Shown one piece after another: positions 8,786-16,594 of a stretch of 60,779 nucleotides of DNA (within the stretch, counting starts at the first letter, position 1; each line of letters opens with the position of its first letter). The stretch spans positions 1-60,779 of the forward strand of contig JAWLCG010000001.1 of NCBI GenBank assembly GCA_041687295.1, read 5' to 3'. Source of the stretch: Phycisphaerae bacterium (GTDB taxonomy: Bacteria; Planctomycetota; Phycisphaerae; SM23-33; FEN-1343). A model generated the notes under the pieces. That model ran no database searches. It was not told the DNA's origin and saw nothing but the letters and a program-made list of their open reading frames with translations. A program made the position numbers and the translations under genes.

Positions 8786-9379
8786 GTGTCCAAGTCACTA
8801 CTGTTCGGAATCGTCGCGAGTGTCGCCGTAGTGGCCCTGCTGGGCGGTCTGGCCTGGGCGGCCGACGCGCACAAGGGCCACGCCATGCCCAAGGCCGACC
8901 CCGCCGCCCAGGCCACGCCGATGGCCGGCCAGTGCGGCATGAAGCCCGCCGGCGCCGGCCAGGCCGCCTGCCACTCCGAGCCATGCCCCTCGCCGGCCGA
9001 GAGCCTCACCGCCCTCGACGCGCACCTCGCCGCTGTCGGCCAGGCCCTCCAGGCGGGGCAACCGCAGGCCGCTACCGCCCGGCTCGCCCAGGCCCAGGCC
9101 GCCCTCGCCCAGCTGCGCCAGATCATGCAGCACTGCCCCATGATGCAACAGGCCCAGGGCCCCGTTAACGCCACCTGCCCCATCATGGGCAGCCCCATCG
9201 ATCCCCAGGCCGTCACGCCCGCGCTGAGCCGTACCTTCCAGGGCCGAACCGTCGCCTTCTGCTGCGGCGGCTGCCCCGCCCAGTGGGACCGCCTCAGCGA
9301 CGCCCAGAAGCTCCAGAAGCTCAAGGCGGCCTCGCCGGCCCCCAAGGCTAACCCACACGCCCTGCACGGCCAGCACTGA
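8786..9379 (+). CDS. secreted YHS/TRASH-type metal-binding domain protein
   Basis: GTG 8786 follows GGGAGGA. Signal peptide VSKSLLFGIVASVAVVALLGGLAWA. His/Met/Cys-rich middle. C-terminal ...CPIMGSPIDPQ...FQGRTVAFCCGGCPAQWD is a YHS/TRASH-like Cys pattern. The 5' 27 codons of ORF 8705..9379 are not needed. Confidence 0.8.
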   Translation: MSKSLLFGIVASVAVVALLGGLAWAADAHKGHAMPKADPAAQATPMAGQCGMKPAGAGQAACHSEPCPSPAESLTALDAHLAAVGQALQAGQPQAATARLAQAQAALAQLRQIMQHCPMMQQAQGPVNATCPIMGSPIDPQAVTPALSRTFQGRTVAFCCGGCPAQWDRLSDAQKLQKLKAASPAPKANPHALHGQH

Positions 9380-9394
9380 CCAAGCCTCCACGAT

Positions 9395-9437
9395 GCGGCG
9401 GCGGTTTCCACTCCGGTGGGGCCGCCGCTTCCTTTTT
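9395..9437 (+). terminator. rho-independent terminator candidate after the YHS/TRASH gene
   Basis: GCGGCGGC (9395-9402) pairs with GCCGCCGC (9421-9428) and is followed by TTCCTTTTTG. Confidence 0.5.
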
Positions 9438-9632
9438 GCGCCCCCGCCGGCTTGGAGGAAGGGGCATGAGTGATTGGCTCGGGCGCGCCGACGCCGCCAC
9501 TGTCCAGAGGGGGACGGCTATGAACGTCACTCAAAGGCTCCAGGTAGTCGCGCTCGCCCAGGCCCCGCCGCCCGGCCGGGGCCGTCGTCGTCGACTCGTG
9601 CATGCTCTCTCCCCTCGTGGCTGAAGTCTCGC

Positions 9633-9843
9633 TCAACAGCCGGCCAGCGCCTCCTCCAGGTCGGCCAGGCACTGCTCCAGGGCCGTCCGCGTGGGGTTGC
9701 CGCTGCGGGAGTATTCGTAGGGGCGGGGCCGGCCCACGTCGTCGAAGACGAAGTTGGCGACCTGGTAGACCGGCGGCACGACGGCCCCGGTGGCCGCGTC
9801 GGGCGGCTGGCCGGCACGGATGGCGCGGGTGGCGAATCGCATG
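9633..9843 (-). pseudogene. Cys/Met-metabolism PLP enzyme (cystathionine gamma-synthase/O-acylhomoserine sulfhydrylase family), 5' 70-codon relic
   Basis: MRFATRAIRAGQPPDAATGAVVPPVYQVANFVFDD...YEYSRSGNPTRTALEQCLADLE matches the family N-terminus, then stops (..EALAGC*). Nothing homologous follows in any frame. AGGAG RBS overlaps the cysN stop, so it was once the next gene of the operon. Confidence 0.6.
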
Positions 9844-9854
9844 CGGGGCAACTC

Positions 9855-11696
9855 CTAGATCTGGTAGTCCGCGACGTAGTGACGTTCCTGGAGCAGGCCG
9901 TGGAGCACCTGGAGGGCCTGCAGGTCGACGGTCTCGATGGCCAGGTCGGGCCCCCGACGGGTCAGCTGCGACGGGCCCACCGTGACCACCAGCAGGTCGC
10001 TGGGCTGGTTGAGCACTTCGAGCACCTCCAGCTCGAAGTCATCCAGGTCAGCGATGGAGGTGATGACGATCATGCCCGCGTCGGTGAACAGGTGGGCCGT
10101 CTCGCCCAGCCGGCGCAGGAACTCCTCGCGTCCGCCCAGGACCTTGAGCTCGCTGTCGAGCCCGAGCAGCTGGTTGCTCAGGCCCAGGAAGTAAGCCAGC
10201 CGCCCGCAGTTGTGCAGGTACTGCTCAATGGCGCGGGCGAGGGTTTCACTCTGGCGGTCCTGGGGCCCGGTGATGACAATCAGGGCGGGCCGCTGACCAT
10301 GGCGGCGGGCCCGCTGGGTGGGCGTCAACGTCGATCGAACCCACGCCTGCTCGCGCTGGCGGACGTGCTCGGCCAGCAGCGACGCCTGTGACGCCTGGGC
10401 CTCGAGGATCACCCCGCCGCCGGCGATCTCGTAGTCGTCGATGATCACGAACCGTCCCGTCTGCGGGAATTCGGCGGCCCCGTCGCAGGCGATGGGCTTG
10501 AGCGTCTCCAGCGTCACCTGCGCGACGTCGTGCCGCTCGACCTGCTGGCGGTTGGTGGCAGTCGTCAGGTCCGAGGCGTCGATGACCATGTGCACGGCCG
10601 TCAGGTACGCCGCCGACCGTGAGGCGTGCAGCTTGAGCTTGTAGCGCTTGCCCATGACCATCGCGTTGGGGCTCAGCCAGAACAAGTTCGCCCGCAGGCT
10701 CGTGGAGGCCTGGGGCGGCGGCTCGTCCGCGCGGACCATCAGCTCGCCGGGCTTGACGTAGACCTGCGTCTCAAGCGTCAGGGCAGTGCTCTGGCCGGCG
10801 CGGGCGACCGGGCCGGTGCTGTCCGGGAAGCCCTCGATGCGTTTAACGCGGCTGCGCTTGCCGCTGGGCAGGAACAGGACTTCGTCGCCCTGGCAGACCT
10901 GGCCGGTGACGATTCGGCCGGCGATGATTCGGCGATCGTCGCCCTGCTCGGTGAACTTGTAGACGTCCTGCACCGGCAGGCGCAGGGGCTTGTCCAGTGG
11001 CGTGGGCTCCTTCTCAAGCAGGTCGAGCTGGCTCAGCACGGTGGGCCCGTCGTACCAGCGCATGCGAGTCGAGGGTTGGGCGACGTTGTCGCCCTCACGG
11101 GCGCTGATGGGGATGAACGCCAGCGGCTCGAGGCCGATGCGGGCGAGGAAGTCGGCGTACTCGGTGCGGACGGCGTCGAAGGCATCCTGGCGGTAGTCGG
11201 CGAGGTCCATCTTGTTGACGCAGACGGCGACCTGGCGGACACCGAGCATGCTCATGAGGTAGCCGTGGCGGCGGGAGTTTTCCTGGACGCCCTCGGCGAC
11301 GTCGATGACGAGCAGGCCGGCCTCGGCGCGGGCGGCGCCGCTGATCATGTTGCGCAGGAACTCGATGTGCCCGGGGGCGTCGATGATGATGTACTCGCGC
11401 CGGGCGGTGCGGAAGAAGCACCGGGCCGAGTCGATGGTGATGCCCTGGGCCTGCTCGTCCTTCAGGGCGTCGAGCAGGAAGGCGTACTCGAAGGGCTTGG
11501 CGGTGCGGCGGCAGTTCTCGCGGACCTGCTCGAGCTTGCCCTCGGGCAGGCTGTGCGTATCGGCCAGCAGTCGGCCCACCAGGGTGCTCTTGCCGTGGTC
11601 GACGTGGCCGATGACGACGATGTCCATCTGCTCGCGTGAGGGCGTCGGCCGAGGCGCGGCCGGGGTCTGCAGGGTCTGGTTATGCGTGGCAGGCAT
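9855..11696 (-). CDS. cysN: sulfate adenylyltransferase subunit 1 (CysN GTPase) fused to a degenerate APS-kinase-like domain
   Basis: GTPase motifs [18 protein letters not shown]; EF-Tu-like beta-barrels. In the C-terminal ~170 aa aligned to the APS kinase fold, the P-loop position reads [11 protein letters not shown] instead of GLSGSGKST. Confidence 0.9.
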   Translation of the reverse strand: MPATHNQTLQTPAAPRPTPSREQMDIVVIGHVDHGKSTLVGRLLADTHSLPEGKLEQVRENCRRTAKPFEYAFLLDALKDEQAQGITIDSARCFFRTARREYIIIDAPGHIEFLRNMISGAARAEAGLLVIDVAEGVQENSRRHGYLMSMLGVRQVAVCVNKMDLADYRQDAFDAVRTEYADFLARIGLEPLAFIPISAREGDNVAQPSTRMRWYDGPTVLSQLDLLEKEPTPLDKPLRLPVQDVYKFTEQGDDRRIIAGRIVTGQVCQGDEVLFLPSGKRSRVKRIEGFPDSTGPVARAGQSTALTLETQVYVKPGELMVRADEPPPQASTSLRANLFWLSPNAMVMGKRYKLKLHASRSAAYLTAVHMVIDASDLTTATNRQQVERHDVAQVTLETLKPIACDGAAEFPQTGRFVIIDDYEIAGGGVILEAQASQASLLAEHVRQREQAWVRSTLTPTQRARRHGQRPALIVITGPQDRQSETLARAIEQYLHNCGRLAYFLGLSNQLLGLDSELKVLGGREEFLRRLGETAHLFTDAGMIVITSIADLDDFELEVLEVLNQPSDLLVVTVGPSQLTRRGPDLAIETVDLQALQVLHGLLQERHYVADYQI

Positions 11697-11756
11697 GTGC
11701 GTGGTCTCCGGGGTGGGGACAGGGTGACTCCTGGGGGACGCGTCGGGCCGGGCCGG

Positions 11757-12631
<875 letters not shown>

Positions 12632-12635
<4 letters not shown>

Positions 12636-13369
12636 GGCGCACTCCCATGGATCTGTGAACCGGTGGCAGCCAAATGCAGACCACACTCGCGATGCTCGGG
12701 CTGCTCCCACCACCAGCGGCCCGCGCGGATGTCCTGGCCGGGCTCGACGGCCCGCGTGCACGGTTCGCAGCCGATCGAGGGATAGCCACGGTCGTGCAGG
12801 ACGTTATAGGGCACGCGGTGCTGCCGGATGTACTGCCACACGTCGTCCTTGCTCCACCCGGCCAGCGGGTTGAGCTTCACCAGCTGATGGGCCTCATCCC
12901 AGTGAACGATGGGCAGGTCCTGACGGGTGATCGATTGCTCGCGGCGCAGACCCGTCACCCAGGCCTCCAGGCCCGCCAGACGGCGGCGCAGCGGCAGCAC
13001 CTTGCGGACGTGGCAGCAGAGCTTGCGGTCCTCAACGCTGCGGCGGAAGAAGTTGCTCCCTCGCTCGGCCAGCACCGCACCCAGCTCGGCCGAGTCGGGC
13101 GTTAACACCTCAATCACCAGGCCGTAGCGTTCCCGCGTCGCGTCGAGCAGCTCGTGCGTCTGGGCCGGCAGCCGGCCCGTGTCGATCGTGAAGATCGCGA
13201 TCGGTAGCGAAGCCTGGGCGATCACGTCGGTAAGCACCTGGTCCTCGGCCCCGAGGCTCGAGGCCAGCGCCACCCGGCCGCCGAACCGCCGAGCGATCCG
13301 CTCGAGCAGGGCTTCGAGCGTGAGGCCCTCGAGCCCGGACTGGAGTTCTGCAGTATCTATCGTCTGCAT
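12632..13369 (-). CDS. cysH: adenylylsulfate (APS)/PAPS reductase, Fe-S cluster type
   Basis: Start at [11 protein letters not shown].... Contains KLCCHVRKV and SIGCEPCT (the CC...CxxC cysteine set of the iron-sulfur APS-reductase subgroup) and the catalytic ECGLH tail. Confidence 0.9.
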
Positions 13370-13456
13370 CGTGCACCTCACATCCAAAAGGTCTGAACCG
13401 TTTCCCGATCGCTCCTGCGGCCCAACGTACCCGCAGACCCGATGAACGACACTCCA

Positions 13457-13693
13457 GCTGATGTCCGCATACAGGGCCGCCCGCCGGGCTGCCCCGCTGG
13501 AGATGCCCACGAACACCCGAGACGCCCGTGATCGTCCCGCCGGTGCCCACGTCGATGCGGCCCTTCACCGACGCCAGGGGGCGCGACTCTCGAGCTTGGC
13601 CAGCACCGTGACGTTTGGATCCGCCAGCCGACGGACACGAACCAGCGGTGTCCGTCCTGCCGGGGCGGTGACGTCGGGATACGTGCTATGCAT
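13457..13693 (-). pseudogene. cysK: cysteine synthase (CysK/CysM family) relic with two frameshifts and large internal deletions
   Basis: Three abutting frames. First, MHSTYPDVTAPAGRTPLVRVRRLADPNVTVLAKLESRAPW (CysK N-terminus). Second, (S)VKGRIDVGTGGTITGVSGV (PLP-lysine SVKxR motif joined directly to the GTGGT loop). Third, FVGISSGAARRAAL (GISSGAA motif). About 240 nt remain of a gene normally ~0.9 kb. RBS GAAGGAAA is still present before the ATG. Confidence 0.55.
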
Positions 13694-13758
13694 GGGGGTT
13701 TCCTTCTGTCGGGATCCAGGGACAGCGCTTCACCAGGCCCCACTGCCTCAATGCGAAT

Positions 13759-13768
13759 AGTGTACACT
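13759..13768. promoter_or_regulatory. perfect 10-bp palindrome AGTGTACACT in the rrf2 / cys divergent region (candidate operator)
   Basis: Seen directly. It lies in the lowest-GC stretch of the window, between the cysK-relic start and the Rrf2 gene. Confidence 0.25.
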
Positions 13769-13886
13769 TTTGCCGCAGTAAGTCAATCGGAATGGTGAAG
13801 AATCGGATACACTCGCACCCAAAGGCATAACGTCCTGACAGAACGAGAGCTGAGAGTTTCCTATTGAGGCGAATTTCACCAGACCC

Positions 13887-13915
13887 TTGCAAAAGCCATC
13901 CAAAAACGCGATAAT
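13887..13915 (+). promoter_or_regulatory. sigma-70-like promoter candidate for the Rrf2 gene (TTGCAA-N17-GATAAT)
   Basis: TTGCAA 13887-13892, a 17-nt spacer, GATAAT 13910-13915, about 35 nt upstream of ATG 13950. Confidence 0.4.
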
Positions 13916-13949
13916 TCCGACTATACCGATGAACTTTCGAGGGCAGCTC

Positions 13950-14399
13950 ATGGGCATCAGCCAGAAGTGTCAGTACGCCGTCCGGGCCTTGCTGGAGTTG
14001 GCCAAGCGGCCCGACCAGACGCCGGTCCCCACCGCCGAAATCGCCAACCGCCAGGCGATCCCCCAGCGGTTCCTCGAGGTGATCCTCAACGAGCTCAAGG
14101 CCGTCGGCCTCGTTGAGGCCCGCCGCGGCCCCCGGGGGGGCTTCCTGCTGGCCTGCGACCCTGAGGAACTCACCGTGGGCCGGGTCATCCGCCTGATCGA
14201 GGGCTCGCTCGACCCGGTCCGCTGCACCCGCGGCCCCGACCAGCGGGACTGCGCCCTGAGCGACCGCTGCTCACTGCTGGAACTGTGGCAGAAGGCCAAG
14301 GCCGCCGTCGAGGCCGTCTACGACGGCGCCACCTTCGCCGACCTCGCCCGCCGGGAGAACGAGTTGGAGCGCCAACCCGTCACCGACTACTCCATCTGA
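13950..14399 (+). CDS. Rrf2 family transcriptional regulator (IscR/CymR-like, three-Cys cluster ligands)
   Basis: MGISQKCQYAVRALLELAK... winged-helix N-terminus. C-x8-C-x5-C (VRCTRGPDQRDCALSDRC). The ORF-track start 13887 falls on the predicted -35 box, so ATG 13950 (GAGGG RBS) is preferred. Confidence 0.85.
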   Translation: MGISQKCQYAVRALLELAKRPDQTPVPTAEIANRQAIPQRFLEVILNELKAVGLVEARRGPRGGFLLACDPEELTVGRVIRLIEGSLDPVRCTRGPDQRDCALSDRCSLLELWQKAKAAVEAVYDGATFADLARRENELERQPVTDYSI

Positions 14400-14536
14400 C
14401 CCGGGTGGCCCATATAATGAACCGTGCCGCATCCACCTTGCTGTTCAAGCCCCGTCCATGGTGCCCACAATGCTGCCGGTCTGCCCGCTTTCACAAGCCA
14501 AACGCCTCCCGGTGACGGCTGTCGCCAGAAGGCGTG

Positions 14537-14565
14537 TTTGTTGCGCAGTCCCACAGTGTTACAAT
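14537..14565 (+). promoter_or_regulatory. sigma-70-like promoter candidate for the DEAD-box helicase (TTTGTT-N17-TACAAT), implying a ~190-nt leader
   Basis: Seen in the lower-GC 364-bp gap between rrf2 and the helicase start. Confidence 0.3.
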
Positions 14566-14763
14566 CCCTCGAACCGACAGCGGCAAGGTCTGCAAACGCC
14601 ACGGTTTTGTCGACGAGTGCCAGCCGCCGCCTCCCATGGCCCGCAATCCGTGCGAGGATTCGTACAGGCGCCCGATTCCGCGTGCAAGCTTTGGTGCAAG
14701 GGTCTGTCGTTTGTCCGGCGTCGTCGCTTCACGGGTATAGCTTCTGGATATGAACAGGATACG

Positions 14764-16449
14764 ATGACAAACAAGACGTCTGACTCACTGGAAGGTTTTG
14801 CCGCGCTGCGGTTGGACCCCAAGTTGCTGGCCGTGCTCGCCGACCTGGGCTATGAAGAGCCTACTCCGATCCAGCAGGCGGCCATTGGGCCCATGCTCGA
14901 CGGCAGCGACCTGATCGGTCAGGCCGCCACCGGCACGGGCAAGACCGCCGCCTTCGCACTGCCCATGATCCAACGTCTCGCCGCAGCAGGAAAGGGACGG
15001 CCCCACCCCTCCGCCCTGATCATGGTCCCCACACGCGAGTTGGCCATGCAGGTCGCTGAAGCTGTGTACAAATATGGGCAGCGACTCAAGATCACTGTCG
15101 CCGCCATTTACGGCGGGCACTCCTTCAGCCAGCAGTTGAGAATGCTCGCACGCGGCGTTGATGTCGTCGTCGCCACGCCCGGCAGGGCCCTGGACCACAT
15201 CCGCCGCGAGACGCTCGACCTCAGCGGGATTTCCATGCTCGTCCTTGACGAGGCCGACGAAATGCTCGACATGGGGTTTGCTGAGGACCTGGAATCGATC
15301 CTCGCACAGACGCCCGAAGGTCGCCAGACCGTCATGTTTTCCGCCACGCTGCCCACTCGCATCACCGGCTTGGCCAAACGCCATCTCAGGGACCCCGTGC
15401 GGATTCGGATTGACCGCGAACTGTCCACAAAAGGGACCGTTCCCCGTGTTTGCCAAAGGGCCTATATCGTCCCCCGCGCCAGCAAACTCGCCGTTCTGGG
15501 TCGCATCCTCGACATTGAAGATCCCGCATCGGCACTGGTCTTCTGCCGCACGCGCAACGAGGTGGACGACCTGACAGAGAAACTCAGCGCCCACGGCTAT
15601 CGCTGTCAGTCGTTGCATGGTGGGATCTCCCAGGACCAGCGAACACGCGTCATCAAACTCCTCCGCGAGGGCGCAGTGGACCTCGTGATCGCCACCGATG
15701 TCGCCGCACGCGGCCTGGATATCGAAAACCTCTCCCACGTCATCAACTACGATGTCCCCACGACAGCCGACTCCTACCTACACCGCATCGGGCGGGTGGG
15801 ACGTGCCGGACGCGAAGGCACCGCCATCACACTGGCCGACCCGCGCGAGTCGCGACTCATTCAGCAGTTCGAACGCCTGACCAAGGGGAAGATCGGGATT
15901 GCCCAGGTTCCCACCGTTGCCGATCTGCGGGCGCGACGCCTTGAACTCACGTGCGACGCCCTGCAGCAAGCGACCCAAGCCGCTGACCTCGATCGGTACC
16001 GGCCCGCGATCGACTCGCTCACCCAGAACTACGACCTCATGACGATAGCGCTGGCAGCGGTCAAGTTGGCGGATCTCGCCATCGGCGGCGAGCATGACGA
16101 TACGGAGATCGAGATCCCCCGTGCCAGCGAAAGGAAACGCCAGCCGGACGCACGCCATGAGGGCAAGCAGAAGAAGCCGCGGGGCAAGCGTCAGTCTGGC
16201 CCCGCCGCCAACATGGCCCGCCTGTACATCGGAGCAGGTCTGTCTGCCGGCCTGCGACCTGAGGACATCGTCGGAGCAATCGCCGGCGAATCGGGCATCA
16301 GCGGCAAGGCCATCGGCGCCATTGAAATCGAAGAGCGTTTCTCGCTGGTCGAACTGCCCAAGGCAGTCATCGAAGACGTCATCCTCGCCATGCGCAACGC
16401 CTGCATCAAGGGTAAGAAGGTCGCCATCCGTCGGTTCGAGGAACGGTAA
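14764..16449 (+). CDS. deaD: DEAD-box ATP-dependent RNA helicase with DbpA-type C-terminal RNA-binding domain
   Basis: Start at MTNKTSDSLEGF.... Q-motif F..L.L....PTPIQ, AATGTGKT, DEAD, SAT, HRIGRVGRAG. C-terminal ...ARLYIGAGLSAGLRPEDIVGAIAGE...IEIEERFSLVELP. Confidence 0.9.
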   Translation: MTNKTSDSLEGFAALRLDPKLLAVLADLGYEEPTPIQQAAIGPMLDGSDLIGQAATGTGKTAAFALPMIQRLAAAGKGRPHPSALIMVPTRELAMQVAEAVYKYGQRLKITVAAIYGGHSFSQQLRMLARGVDVVVATPGRALDHIRRETLDLSGISMLVLDEADEMLDMGFAEDLESILAQTPEGRQTVMFSATLPTRITGLAKRHLRDPVRIRIDRELSTKGTVPRVCQRAYIVPRASKLAVLGRILDIEDPASALVFCRTRNEVDDLTEKLSAHGYRCQSLHGGISQDQRTRVIKLLREGAVDLVIATDVAARGLDIENLSHVINYDVPTTADSYLHRIGRVGRAGREGTAITLADPRESRLIQQFERLTKGKIGIAQVPTVADLRARRLELTCDALQQATQAADLDRYRPAIDSLTQNYDLMTIALAAVKLADLAIGGEHDDTEIEIPRASERKRQPDARHEGKQKKPRGKRQSGPAANMARLYIGAGLSAGLRPEDIVGAIAGESGISGKAIGAIEIEERFSLVELPKAVIEDVILAMRNACIKGKKVAIRRFEER

Positions 16450-16527
16450 CCGCCTCACGCAATCCCGGGCCAGCTCCAACCATATGGTGATCCATGTTGG
16501 CGCCCACTGGTGGTGGCTCGGAAACGT

Positions 16528-16565
16528 GGGACCGTCACTCATTACATGGAATGGGTGACGGTCCC
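16528..16565. terminator. bidirectional hairpin terminator candidate between convergent helicase and BlaR1-like genes
   Basis: GGGACCGTCAC (16528-16538) pairs perfectly with GTGACGGTCCC (16555-16565) around a 16-nt loop, followed by GCTTTCC. Confidence 0.55.
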
Positions 16566-16594
16566 GCTTTCCGCTCCCCCCAGGTGGGGGCTCG

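Noticed and set aside
9437-9603. Minus-strand ATG with a strong G-rich RBS (MHESTTTAPAGRRGLGERDYLEPL...).
   Set aside because: The frame never closes before running antisense through the whole YHS/TRASH gene. The composition is Pro/Gly/Ser-rich, so it is probably noncoding remains of the deleted part of the truncated PLP-enzyme gene region.
13887-13949. Upstream extension of the Rrf2 ORF (track start 13887, MQKPSKNAIIPTIPMNFRGQL).
   Set aside because: The 13887 codon is the TTG of a good -35 hexamer. The extension is AT-rich and unlike the rest of the gene, and Rrf2 proteins normally begin right at the MxxSxxxxYAxRAL helix.
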